In this document: positions 1 through 9,877 of the stretch, piece after piece | Layout: every line of letters starts with the position of its first letter | How positions within the stretch are numbered: the first letter of the stretch is position 1 | DNA from: an uncultured delta proteobacterium | Lineage (GTDB): Bacteria; Desulfobacterota; RBG-13-43-22 | DNA length: 64,000 nt | Reading direction: 5' to 3' | Assembly (NCBI GenBank): GCA_963802945.1 | Contig: CAWDKY010000034.1 | Location: forward strand, 70,252-134,251 | The notes under the pieces: model-generated | Told to the model about the DNA's origin: nothing | The model's database searches: none | Seen by the model: only the letters and a program-made list of their open reading frames with translations | Translations under genes and position numbers: made by a program

Positions 1-799
1 TGCTTTCTTCCATTGCCTTTTCGGCATTGGTCACATGTTGCTCAAACGCAGTTGCGGGTGCTACGGATGGAGGGCGACGCCATTCTTGACGATCTTGACC
101 GTGATAAAAGAGATAGTAGCCAAGGCCATCGGTACGAAGGAGCGCCTTTGTTTGATCAAGGTCAATTGTGGCGGAGTTGCTTGGTGGAACTTTCTTTGCC
201 TGAAACCGTGCGGCCTTAAAAAACTCACTGTCTCCGGCGTACTGGCCGTTAATAATAATACCAAGATCAGCACCAGTGTCTTTCTCACGATTTCCAGTTG
301 CCGTGTCTGCATACCACACGTCAAGCCACGATATGTTCGGATCGCTCCCTGAAAGAGCATTCCAATGACCTTCGAATTCACAGATACGTTCGCAAATCTG
401 CGAAACAAAGTGACCAGTTAGCCGTTCTTCGTGGCTCCAAAATGGAAGGTATCGTTTGACGAATTCGTGCTCGCTTTTTACGAGAGCCCAAAACAGTGCC
501 CATATGCAATTTGGCTGATAGATTTCCGGTTTCACTAAATTACGAATGAAATGCGCGTGGTTGTAATACCCGCCGTGCCGCATCGCGAAATGGAGGTATT
601 CAGGGTCAATTGCCCAGTATAGATTTGACACATCGCTTGATGGGGGGGGAGCCAGTAGAGACGAACGTACAATTAGACGGTGGGATCGCTCAAAAAGTGT
701 GCGGTACTTACTAAATGAGCCAAAACCTACGCGAGATTGGATTGCTGGGTCGGCAATCGACAACGCAATCTTTGCATAGGAAGCTGAATCTATAGTCAT
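1..799 (-). CDS. Hypothetical protein with a PD-(D/E)xK restriction-endonuclease-like motif; 3' end runs off the window (not in the ORF track)
   Basis: Manual translation from ATG at 799 (RBS GAGGAG upstream) is open for 266 codons to the window edge: MTIDSASYAK...HEERLTGHF...EKDTGADLGIII...KAARFQAKK...GYYLFY. The E..GAD...QAK pattern fits a nuclease fold. Confidence 0.65.
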   Translation of the reverse strand, partial: MTIDSASYAKIALSIADPAIQSRVGFGSFSKYRTLFERSHRLIVRSSLLAPPPSSDVSNLYWAIDPEYLHFAMRHGGYYNHAHFIRNLVKPEIYQPNCIWALFWALVKSEHEFVKRYLPFWSHEERLTGHFVSQICERICEFEGHWNALSGSDPNISWLDVWYADTATGNREKDTGADLGIIINGQYAGDSEFFKAARFQAKKVPPSNSATIDLDQTKALLRTDGLGYYLFYHGQDRQEWRRPPSVAPATAFEQHVTNAEKAMEES

Positions 800-1062
800 A
801 TTTTTTCTCCTCAGCGAACAATTAATATACGAAGTTCGTTTTTTGTGTCTCTTTTTGTATATAGTATAACATGTTTTCTGGATTAATAAACGATAAAAAT
901 ATGCGATTATAGATAGTTATATGTGTGTCTGGCTTCAAATTTTATGATAATATGGAAGAAAGGGGATATTCGGAATAGTTGAAAATTATGCCTGATTGTC
1001 TAAATTCCTCCATCCCTACCCGGGTAATAGGGTGCTGGTTTTCCCCCAATGCTGATTCTTAT

Positions 1063-1722
1063 TCAGCAACTGTCCATCTCTTTTCTGAATTTGGCAATGG
1101 TCTCCCGGTAATCCTTGGTATGAAAGACGGCCGAACCGGCCACGACCACATCGGCTCCGGCCTTACAGACCAAAGCCACATTATCCGGCGTGATCCCCCC
1201 ATCGACCTCGATATCCACCTTGAGTCTCTTCCCGCTTATCATGGCCTTGAGGGCTTGAATCTTTTTCACTGATTCGGGAATAAATTTCTGGCCCCCGAAA
1301 CCGGGATTGACGCTCATGATTAAGGCCATGTTCACTTCGTCCAGAATCTGATCCAGGAAAGAAACAGGAGTGGATGGATTGATGACCACCACTGGTTTGG
1401 CTTTATGTTCCCTGATCAAGGTGATGGTGCGGTGCAGGTGCGGGCAGGTTTCAAAATGAACGGCCAGAAAATCCGCGCCGGCCTTGGCAAAATCAGAGAT
1501 ATATCGGTCCGGATTTTCGATCATCAAATGGACATCCAAAGGAAGTTTGGTGATCTTTCGAACGGCTTCCACCACCACCGGACCGATGGTTATATTAGGC
1601 ACAAAATGGCCGTCCATGACATCCACATGGATATAATCGGCCCCGGCCGCTTCCACGGCCTGGACCTCTTCTTTCAATCTCCCAAAATCGGCTGAAAGTA
1701 TTGAGGGGGCTATGCGTTTCAT
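1063..1722 (-). CDS. rpe: Ribulose-phosphate 3-epimerase
   Basis: Motifs IAPSILSADF, HVDVMDGHFVPN, DVHLMI, MSVNPGFGGQ, VDGG. Start moved to ATG 1722 behind GAGGTGA. Confidence 0.97.
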   Translation of the reverse strand: MKRIAPSILSADFGRLKEEVQAVEAAGADYIHVDVMDGHFVPNITIGPVVVEAVRKITKLPLDVHLMIENPDRYISDFAKAGADFLAVHFETCPHLHRTITLIREHKAKPVVVINPSTPVSFLDQILDEVNMALIMSVNPGFGGQKFIPESVKKIQALKAMISGKRLKVDIEVDGGITPDNVALVCKAGADVVVAGSAVFHTKDYRETIAKFRKEMDSC

Positions 1723-1785
1723 AGATATTGTCACCTCGATCAAAAATTTATCTAAATTGATTTTTTATCAAAGCTCTCTTTTTTA

Positions 1786-1831
1786 TTCTGGAGTTAAAAA
1801 AATCTATTACTCTGAACTCCGAACTCTGAAC
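1786..1831. repeat. Heptamer tandem repeat remnant, (GAACTCC/T)n
   Basis: tactctgaactccgaactctgaac at 1808-1831, with complementary ggagtt at about 1790. Confidence 0.55.
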
Positions 1832-1884
1832 ATGTTTTTGATATCATACAATCCTAACTTACTTCTTTAAAGTACGCGGGAGAC

Positions 1885-3240
1885 CTAACCCAACTTTTTT
1901 AATCTAGCGGCAAAAAAGCCGTCCATCCTATGGGCCGGAGGCCAGGTCTGAAAAAAACCTTGGGCATCAATCAGTTTATGGGCCGGTTCCGGCAGAAAAG
2001 GAGAAACCTCTTCCAATTTAAATTCCGGATGGTTGTTTAAAAAATTTTTAATGACATCCTGATTCTCTTCCCGGTTCAGGGTGCAGGTGCAATAAACCAG
2101 AATACCTTTTGGTTTAAGCCATCCGGCCGCATTTTGCAAGAACTTGTTTTGCATCCGGGCCAGGCGCGGACTGTCTCCCGGGCCAAGCCTCCATTTAAGG
2201 TCCGGATTACGGCCTATGACTCCCCAGCCCGAGCAGGGGGCATCGATCAGGATTCTGTCAAAAGGCATGGTTGTTTTCGGAAACAGATCTTCATTCAGAC
2301 CATCCCCAACCATCCCTTGAATGATGGGATCCTCCAATCTTCGGGCATTTTCCATTAAGGCTGTTATCTTTTTGGGATGAAGATCAACAGCCAGGATACT
2401 ACCCTGATTATTCATTAACTGAGCAAGGTGCCCGGCTTTTCCTCCCGCCCCGGCACAAAGGTCCAAAATCCTTTCACCGGGTTGGGGATCAACAATAGGA
2501 GCAATCATCTGGGAGGCCTCATCCTGGATCTGAAACATGCCTTGTTGATACAACGTATCCTGGATCAAGGGTCGTTCCGGCTCTTCAATACGAATCCCTT
2601 CCGGAGAGAAGAAAGTGGTTTCAACCCCAAGTGTCTTGGATCGAAACTTTTTCAGAAGCTGCTCTCGATTGATCTTAAGGGTATTGACCCGGACGGACAG
2701 GGGGGGGATTTGGTTATTGGCCTGACACAAGGCCTCGGTCTTTTCAAAATCAAAAAGTTCAAGCCAGTGTTCCACCAGCCAGGCCGGGTGGGAGAAATTA
2801 ACCGCCAGATAGGAAACGGGGTCTTCCCGCGAAGGGAAAGAGAGATTTGCCTTCCCCCGTACCAGGGAACGCAAAATGGCATTGACAAAACCTCCTGTCC
2901 AAGGCGCCCGGCTGGATTTAGCCAGCTTCACCGATTCATTGACCGCAGCGGATATCGGAATCCGGGAGAGGAAAAGAAGTTGGAAGACCCCCAGCCTTAA
3001 AATAAACAAGGTCTTCAAGGACAGCTTGTCCAAAGGTCTTTGGGAAAATTGTCTGATGACCCAATCGAGTTTTCCCTGCCAGCGCAGGACCCCGTAAACC
3101 AATTGATAAAGAAGAGCCCGGTCAAGAGTTTTGATTTGGGGATTTTTATCCAGCAGATCCCGCAAAAGCTGATCCGGATAGGTTCCTGTTCGATGCCAGG
3201 AAAGAAGGACCTGAAGGGCCATGGATCGTGCAGTGGCCAT
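1885..3240 (-). CDS. rsmB: 16S rRNA m5C967 methyltransferase RsmB/Sun
   Basis: NusB-like N-terminus; QDEASQ, DLCAGAGGK, DAPCSG, YCTCT motifs; located downstream of fmt. Confidence 0.95.
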   Translation of the reverse strand: MATARSMALQVLLSWHRTGTYPDQLLRDLLDKNPQIKTLDRALLYQLVYGVLRWQGKLDWVIRQFSQRPLDKLSLKTLFILRLGVFQLLFLSRIPISAAVNESVKLAKSSRAPWTGGFVNAILRSLVRGKANLSFPSREDPVSYLAVNFSHPAWLVEHWLELFDFEKTEALCQANNQIPPLSVRVNTLKINREQLLKKFRSKTLGVETTFFSPEGIRIEEPERPLIQDTLYQQGMFQIQDEASQMIAPIVDPQPGERILDLCAGAGGKAGHLAQLMNNQGSILAVDLHPKKITALMENARRLEDPIIQGMVGDGLNEDLFPKTTMPFDRILIDAPCSGWGVIGRNPDLKWRLGPGDSPRLARMQNKFLQNAAGWLKPKGILVYCTCTLNREENQDVIKNFLNNHPEFKLEEVSPFLPEPAHKLIDAQGFFQTWPPAHRMDGFFAARLKKLG

Positions 3241-3247
3241 CAGCCGA

Positions 3248-4199
3248 TCAGCGTCCCAATCGATCGCCGGCTTTCAAGGCAAACCCCCTCAGCAATTCTT
3301 CAGAAGACATACGCCGGTGCCCTTCCACATTGGGCTTCCAGTATGGTCAGTAAACCCTGACCGGTCTGGATTTGAATGCGGCCTTGCTCTAAAGAATTGA
3401 TCGTCCCCGGAGTTCCCATAATTTCCATCGAATCCGGTCTGGCCCGGTGAATGATGAGCCGTTTCCCCTGCCAAAAGGTAAAGGCTCCGGGCCAGGGTGA
3501 TAAACCCCGTATCCAGTGATCAATCTCCACAGCAGGAAGGTCCCAGCGGATCTCTCCCTGGGCTTTTTTTAAAGGCGGGGCAGAGCAGGCTTGGGAAGGA
3601 TCCTGCGGTTGAGGGAGAAGGGTGCCTTGTCGAAGCTGCGTCAGTGTTTGAAGCAACAGGCGCCCCCCAAGTTCTGAAAGCCGATCATGCAGGGTCTGGG
3701 CTGTGTCGGTTTCAGAAATCGGCTCCGTTTCCTGGAGCAGAATAGCCCCGGTGTCCATCCCGGCATCAAGGCGCATAGTGGTTATGCCGGTTTCTTTTTC
3801 TCCGGAGATAATGGCCCACTGGATCGGGGCTGCACCTCGATATTTAGGGAGCAACGAGGCATGGACATTAACAGCCCCCCAGGCCGGGATATCAAGGACT
3901 GTCTGGGGAAGGATCAGGCCATAGGCGACGACAATCAAAAAATCCGGCTTTTGTTCGGCTAGTTGTGCTTGAACAAAATTTTCTTTTAAAGAGACCGGCT
4001 GAAAAACAGGCAGATGATAGGAAAGGGCCAGCTCCTTGACCGGAGAGGGTTGGGATTTTCTGCCCCTCCCTTTAGGCCGATCAGGCTGGGTGTATATTGA
4101 AACCACATCTTCCCCGGCTTTGAGTAAGGCCTTCAGAGACGGCAGGGCAAAATCAGGGGTGCCCATAAAAATGAGACGGGGATAGTTGGGTGGCTTCAC
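3248..4199 (-). CDS. fmt: Methionyl-tRNA formyltransferase, with an apparent 1-nt insertion near 3328 truncating the C-terminus
   Basis: FMGTPDFA, TQPDRPKGRG, NVHASLLPKYRGAAPI, MDTG. The canonical tail (EGHRRMSSEELLRGFALKAGDRLGR*) continues in another frame to a stop at 3248. Confidence 0.93.
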
Positions 4200-4705
4200 T
4201 CTGGCTTCTTCAGCTTTTTTTTGACCCTTTTTTTGTAAAGGGCCCGTTTCAGGGCGCTGATGCGGTCGATAAAAAGGATGCCGTCCAGATGATCAATCTC
4301 ATGCTGCAGAACCGTGGCCAGAACTCCTTCCCCGCAAATCTCCACCGGTTTCCCTTTGGCATTCAGCCCCCGGACTTTTACCTTGGCCTTTCTTTTGACC
4401 TCCGAAAAATATTCCGGCACACTCAGACAGCCTTCTTCTAAGGTCTGCTCTCCCTCAGCCTCAATAATCTCCGGATTAATCAGGAAGGAGGGCTTTCGAC
4501 CCTCTTCCCTGGGCGTTGTATCAAAGACGATGAGCCGTATCGGTCGTCCCACCTGAGTGGCGGCCAATCCGATCCCGGGGGCTTGGTACATGGTCTCGAG
4601 CATGTCCTCAATCAGTTTTTGTATGGAGGCGTCTATGTCATTGACCGGTTCCGCCTTCTTTTGCAGGACAGGATCAGGGTATTTGTGTATTTCGAGTAAG
4701 GACAT
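4196..4705 (-). CDS. def: Peptide deformylase
   Basis: GIGLAATQVG, EGCLS, QHEIDHLDG motifs. Confidence 0.98.
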   Translation of the reverse strand: MSLLEIHKYPDPVLQKKAEPVNDIDASIQKLIEDMLETMYQAPGIGLAATQVGRPIRLIVFDTTPREEGRKPSFLINPEIIEAEGEQTLEEGCLSVPEYFSEVKRKAKVKVRGLNAKGKPVEICGEGVLATVLQHEIDHLDGILFIDRISALKRALYKKRVKKKLKKPE

Positions 4706-4718
4706 AATAAAAACCCTA

Positions 4719-4850
4719 AATTCAGAAGTCAGGAGTCAGAAGAAGAGAGGTTGAGGTAGAAGACTCAGAAATTAATTACTAAAGAAATTTTATATAAAAG
4801 TCTTTTTGATCCAATAGTTATTCTGGATTCTGTCTCCTGACTTCTGAATT
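4719..4850. repeat. Heptamer-based inverted-repeat element
   Basis: AATTCAGAAGTCAGGAGTCAGAA (4719) and TTCTGTCTCCTGACTTCTGAATT (4828-4850) are 22/23 complementary. Confidence 0.75.
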
Positions 4851-4866
4851 CCAGCAGTTTGTTTTC

Positions 4867-7281
4867 TTATAACATATCTACCGGGTCTACATCCAGAATA
4901 ATCTGAACACCTGTGCCTTGAATCAAGGATTTTTCAGCGTCCTGGATCAGGCCGGCTGCCTGATGTAATATCCGGCTGTTTTCCCCTTTTAACAACATCT
5001 GCCAGCGATATCTGCCTTTAATTTTGCTGATCGGTGCCGGGACCGGCCCTAATAGTTCCAAAGATGCAGCCCACTTGTTTTTTTGTATTTCTTTTTTGAG
5101 ATACCCGCCGGCTTTTTCGGCCACCTGGGCCACCGATGTTTCTTGGTTCCCCTGAAATAAACAATTAATTAATCGGGAGAAGGGCGGGTATTTCAAAGCC
5201 CGGCGAAATCGTATTTCCTGGTTATAAAAACCCAGATAATCATGGTGCCCAACGTAGTTGAAAATATAATGGTCGGGATTATAGGTTTGAATATAGACCT
5301 GCCCGGGATGGATTCCCCGGCCGGCACGGCCGGCCACCTGGGCCAGAAGCTGAAAGGTGCGTTCCCCGGCTCGAAAATCAGGCCAGTTCAGAGAAAGGTC
5401 GGCACAGAGGACCCCGATCAGGGTCACCAGGGGAAAATCATGACCTTTGGTGATCATCTGGGTCCCGATCAGTATATCGGTTTTTTGGTCCCTGAGCTTT
5501 TTCAGGATTTCGAAATGGGCCCCTTTCCGAGTCACCGTATCCCGGTCCATGCGGTCGATAGAGGCCTTGGGGAACAGAGCGGCCAATTCCCGCTGAACCT
5601 TTTCCGTGCCCATGCCCAGGGTCTTGATCCCTTCCTGATGACAACTCGGACAGCGTATCGGCAAAGGCATACGATAGCCGCAGGTATGGCAAAGGAGTTG
5701 ATTTTCCCGGGCGTGATAGGCCAGGGTCAAAGAGCAGTTGCGGCATTTGATGACCGCACCGCAAAGTGTGCAAAGGATCAGGGTATCAAAGCCCCGGCGG
5801 TTCAGAAAAAGCAGGGTTTGCTTCTCATGATCTAAGTTCCGTCCAATGGCTTCTTCGAGAGGAGGAGAAAAAAAAGGAATCCGGCGGCCCCGGCGAAACT
5901 CTTTCATGTCGATGAAATTAATTTCCGGCAGGATTTGTTTCTGAACCCGTTTATGTATTCCCAGGTAACCAATTTTTTTTTGCCGCCTTAAGTAGAGGGT
6001 AGAGATAGAAGGAGTGGCCGAACCCAGAACCACCACGGCCGAGGCCTGCTGCCCCCGAACCAAGGCTAGATCACGGGCATGATAGCGAAGGGAGTCTGTC
6101 TGTTTGTAAGAAGAATCGTGCTCCTCATCAACCACGATCAAACCCAGGGAAGAAAAAGGAGCAAAGATGGCCGACCGGGTTCCAATGACCACCGGGCACA
6201 AGCCCTCCTGGATCCGCCGCCATTGGTCCAGCCGTTCGCCTGGATTCAGACTGCTATGAAGCAGGGCAATCTTATCCCCGAAACGCAGGCGAAACCGGCC
6301 TTCCATCAGAGGGACCAGACCGATTTCCGGGACCAGGATCAGGACCTGACGCCCCTGCTTTATGGTTTCTTCTGCCGCTCTCAAATAGACTTCCGTCTTT
6401 CCCGATCCGGTGATCCCATGAAGGAGAAGGCTGTTGTATGATCCGGACCTCAGTCCTTCCTGTATTCGTGTCAAGGCCTGTTCTTGTTCGGAGGTCAAAT
6501 CCAAAGGACCTGTTTCCTGGGCCAGGATTTCTCCGAAAGGATTCCTCATGCAAATCTGTTCCCGGATTTCAATCAAGCCTTTTCGACCAAGGGTGGATAA
6601 GCGCTGGGCCGACAGAGGAAAATGGTTCCGCAGATCCTTCAAAGGCAGACCGGGGAGAGGAGAAAGAAAATCAAAGAGGGGATGATCTTTCGTTGGGAAA
6701 TGTTCTTTTTGAAAATGGGGTCCGGGAAAAACCCATCTTTCTTTTTTGGGGCGGGCGGTTTCTTTTTTCAGTCGGGTGGTTCGTTGAATCCAACCTTGGT
6801 CTTCAAAAGCATTTAGAATTTTTTTCTCTTCCAACGAGAACCAGGATAAAGACCGACCTTTTAAAGAGGATAGGGATTGAAGGATTTCCTTTGCGTTTTC
6901 TTGCAGACCGCCGGCCTGCAAAGCCTTTATTCCCACGGGGGTTATCTCAATCATTTGATAATCGGATACCGACAGACCAGGGGGTAAGGCCGCCTTCAGA
7001 ACCTGTCCCAGGGGATGAAGATAGTAATGGGCGATCCAGGTAAAAAAGGGGCGCATGGTCTCTGAGAAAAGGGGCTTCGGATCAAGGATGCTGGAGACGG
7101 GTTTGATCGTCGGCCCGGATTCCGGTTTAGTGCCTTCCTCCCAAAGATAGCCGGTAACCCGCTTTTTTTTCAAAGGCACCAGGACCCGCTGGCCGATCCG
7201 GGGTTCTATGGCAAATGCCGACGGAACCTCATAAAGAAGAGGCTGATTTAAGGGAGGGACAATGACTTGAAAGAAAGGCAT
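4867..7281 (-). CDS. priA: Primosomal protein N'
   Basis: GITGSGKT, VDEEHD, GSATPS, four CxxC zinc motifs, KGHDFP, QVAGRAGR, C-terminal DVDP. Confidence 0.97.
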   Translation of the reverse strand: MPFFQVIVPPLNQPLLYEVPSAFAIEPRIGQRVLVPLKKKRVTGYLWEEGTKPESGPTIKPVSSILDPKPLFSETMRPFFTWIAHYYLHPLGQVLKAALPPGLSVSDYQMIEITPVGIKALQAGGLQENAKEILQSLSSLKGRSLSWFSLEEKKILNAFEDQGWIQRTTRLKKETARPKKERWVFPGPHFQKEHFPTKDHPLFDFLSPLPGLPLKDLRNHFPLSAQRLSTLGRKGLIEIREQICMRNPFGEILAQETGPLDLTSEQEQALTRIQEGLRSGSYNSLLLHGITGSGKTEVYLRAAEETIKQGRQVLILVPEIGLVPLMEGRFRLRFGDKIALLHSSLNPGERLDQWRRIQEGLCPVVIGTRSAIFAPFSSLGLIVVDEEHDSSYKQTDSLRYHARDLALVRGQQASAVVVLGSATPSISTLYLRRQKKIGYLGIHKRVQKQILPEINFIDMKEFRRGRRIPFFSPPLEEAIGRNLDHEKQTLLFLNRRGFDTLILCTLCGAVIKCRNCSLTLAYHARENQLLCHTCGYRMPLPIRCPSCHQEGIKTLGMGTEKVQRELAALFPKASIDRMDRDTVTRKGAHFEILKKLRDQKTDILIGTQMITKGHDFPLVTLIGVLCADLSLNWPDFRAGERTFQLLAQVAGRAGRGIHPGQVYIQTYNPDHYIFNYVGHHDYLGFYNQEIRFRRALKYPPFSRLINCLFQGNQETSVAQVAEKAGGYLKKEIQKNKWAASLELLGPVPAPISKIKGRYRWQMLLKGENSRILHQAAGLIQDAEKSLIQGTGVQIILDVDPVDML

Positions 7282-7597
7282 GATTTAAATTTGCTTCTGG
7301 TGGAATTTCCAGCGGTTTAATTAATTGATGGAATGACGGTGCTTTTCTTTCCCAGTCCATAGACGGGGTATAAGAAGCCTGATTTTTTATAATTGATATA
7401 AATCATAACAAACAGGTTAAGTCAATCCCAAAGGAATCTTGCCTTTTCCTTCAGGTCTTCACAGCCGTGGTCTTTTGCCAAATTTTTTGATAAAATTGAA
7501 TACCTTTGATCTTGACATTTTTCTTTTTCTCAAAGATAAAGGAACGATCTTTTAATTTTTCCGGATTTTTCGGGAACCTTTTAAGCGAATCGTCACT

Positions 7598-8830
7598 ATG
7601 GTCCTCAACGTCATTTGGATAGCCTTTTTCGTCATCGCTTTTTTTCTTGGCCTGGTTAGGCTGCTCTTTTTCGGAGACACGGCCATCTTCCCGGCCATGA
7701 TGAATAGCACTTTTCAAATGGCTAAAACCGGCTTTGAGATTTCCCTGAGCCTTACCGGGGTGATGACCCTGTGGATGGGACTGATGCGGGTGGGGGAGAA
7801 AGGCGGGATTGTCAACCTGATGTCCAGGGCGGTCGGTCCGCTTTTCCGGCGTTTGTTCCCGGAAATTCCCAAAGACCACCCGGCGGCCGGTTCGATCATG
7901 CTGAACATCGCGGCCAACATGCTCGGGCTCGACAATGCGGCCACCCCGCTCGGTCTGAAAGCCATGACGCAGCTTCAGGAGATCAATCGGGAAAAGGACA
8001 CCGCCTCCAATGCCATGATCATGTTCCTGGTGCTGAACGCCTCGGGGTTGACCGTTATCCCGGTCAGCATCATGGTTTACCGCGCTCAGCTCGGCGCCGC
8101 CGATCCTTCGGATGTTTTTATCCCTATCCTACTGGCCACCTTTTGCTCTGCACTGGCCGGGCTGGTCTCAGTCGCCCTGATCCAGAGGATCAGCTTGCTG
8201 AACAAAGTGGTGCTTGCCTATCTGGGCAGCTTTACCTTGCTGGTTTCAGGCATCATCTGGTATTTTTCCACTATCCCGCAGGACCGGATCAACACCCTAT
8301 CTACCGTTTCAGCCAACATCATCCTGTTCGGCATCATCATGGCTTTCATCCTTTTGGCTTTTTTCAGGAAGGTGAATGTCTACGAGGCCTTTATCGAAGG
8401 GGCGAAAGACGGTTTCTCCATCTCCGTTAAGATCATCCCTTTTCTAGTGGCCATTCTGGTGGCAGTCGGAGTCTTCAGGGTCTCCGGCGCCTTGGATTAT
8501 ATCGTGGGTGGGATTGGTAACCTGGTTGCCGCTATGGGGGTGGACAGGGAATTCGTGAAAGCCCTGCCAACGGCTTTTATGAAACCCTTGAGCGGGTCCG
8601 GCTCTCGAGGCATGATGGTGGATACCATGAAACAATTCGGGGCCGATTCCTTTGTCGGACGGTTGTCGTGTATCTTCCAGGGTGCGTCCGATACCACCTT
8701 CTACATTATCGCGGTTTATTTCGGTTCGGTCGGTATCCGCAAGACAAGGTACGCCTTGACTTGCGGGCTGATCGCCGACTTTGCCGGAGTCCTGGCCGCC
8801 ATTTTCATCGCTTATCTGTTCTTTCGCTGA
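7598..8830 (+). CDS. Fused SpmA/SpmB-like nucleoside-recognition (Gate) membrane protein
   Basis: NMLGLDNAATPLGLKAM, VYEAFIEGAKDG, KPLSGSG, DTTFYIIAVYFGSVGI motifs. Confidence 0.88.
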   Translation: MVLNVIWIAFFVIAFFLGLVRLLFFGDTAIFPAMMNSTFQMAKTGFEISLSLTGVMTLWMGLMRVGEKGGIVNLMSRAVGPLFRRLFPEIPKDHPAAGSIMLNIAANMLGLDNAATPLGLKAMTQLQEINREKDTASNAMIMFLVLNASGLTVIPVSIMVYRAQLGAADPSDVFIPILLATFCSALAGLVSVALIQRISLLNKVVLAYLGSFTLLVSGIIWYFSTIPQDRINTLSTVSANIILFGIIMAFILLAFFRKVNVYEAFIEGAKDGFSISVKIIPFLVAILVAVGVFRVSGALDYIVGGIGNLVAAMGVDREFVKALPTAFMKPLSGSGSRGMMVDTMKQFGADSFVGRLSCIFQGASDTTFYIIAVYFGSVGIRKTRYALTCGLIADFAGVLAAIFIAYLFFR

Positions 8831-8936
8831 CCGTTTTGCTCAACCAATCCCTGGCAATGAGTTCTGTGTTTTTTTTATTAAAAGAAACAACCTTCTCCGG
8901 TTGTAAGAAAAGAGAAACTATGATAGCCTTCTATTT

Positions 8937-9782
8937 ATGGAAACCGTCAATATTGAAGGGGTAACCCTGTATCTAAGTCATCCCGACACCCTGCCATTAG
9001 ATTGGGTCGGTCAGCCCGATCTAATCGACCAGGTCCTGGCCGCCTGGCTGGTGGTGGAGGAAAAGGACCTGCCATTGCATCCCCGGCTGATCGGCAAACC
9101 CGGCGTGGGCAAAACCACCCTGGCTTATGCTGCAGCCCGGAGACTGGGACGGGAAATCTATTTCTATCAGGCCACCATGGATACCAGGCCGGAAGACCTG
9201 ATCATTACCCCGGTGATCGCCGAGCAGGGGAAGATCCATTATATGGCCAGTTCCCTGGTTACGGCCATGATTCGCGGCGGGGTCCTGATCCTCGATGAAG
9301 GCAACCGGATGAGTGAAAAGAGCTGGGCCTCTCTGGCCCCATTATTGGACAACCGACGCTATGTGGAGTCCGTGGTTACCGGCATCAAGATCCCGGCCCA
9401 TCCGGAATTTCGATTCTGTGCCACCATGAACGACGATGCCAGTACCTTTGAGCTGCCGGAATATATCCACTCCCGGTTGCAGCCCCAGATTTTTATTGAT
9501 TTTCCCGAACCGGAAGAAGAACGACTGATCCTGAAAAGGAATCTGCCCTTTGCTCCGGAGGATATCCTTGATTATGTGACTCTGTTTCTTCAAAGAGCTC
9601 ATCAGGCCCAGGAACGCTTTACGGTTCGGGACGGTATCAATATCGCTCGCTATGCCCTGAAGTGTTTGGAAGGCCGTCAGATCCTCAGGAAGGTCGCCTC
9701 AGAAGAACGCAAACTCCTCACCCTGCGGCTATCCATTGAAATGATTTTAGGAGAAAAAGCCCTGGACTTTTGGCCCTATTGA
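8937..9782 (+). CDS. MoxR/CbbQ-like AAA+ ATPase (AAA_5)
   Basis: Walker A GKPGVGKT, Walker B LILDEGNR, sensor region FCATMN...LPEYIHSRL. Confidence 0.85.
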   Translation: METVNIEGVTLYLSHPDTLPLDWVGQPDLIDQVLAAWLVVEEKDLPLHPRLIGKPGVGKTTLAYAAARRLGREIYFYQATMDTRPEDLIITPVIAEQGKIHYMASSLVTAMIRGGVLILDEGNRMSEKSWASLAPLLDNRRYVESVVTGIKIPAHPEFRFCATMNDDASTFELPEYIHSRLQPQIFIDFPEPEEERLILKRNLPFAPEDILDYVTLFLQRAHQAQERFTVRDGINIARYALKCLEGRQILRKVASEERKLLTLRLSIEMILGEKALDFWPY

Positions 9783-9877
9783 CTATGGACAAACTCGTAA
9801 AAAGTGAAGGGCGATGGATTTTCTTTTCATGTTTGGCAGCAAATGATTTTTTTTAAAAAGGAATAATTTTTAAAGCT

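Noticed and set aside
13-408. Short ORFs 13..219, 35..352 and 61..408 from the track
   Set aside because: All overlap the longer minus-strand frame starting at 799, which has an RBS and a coherent motif.
9784-9808. GACAAACTCGTAAAAAGT and the similar GATGAAATCGCAAAAAGT (~30338) as IS/MITE ends
   Set aside because: Only single degenerate ends are present, with no partner inverted repeat nearby.
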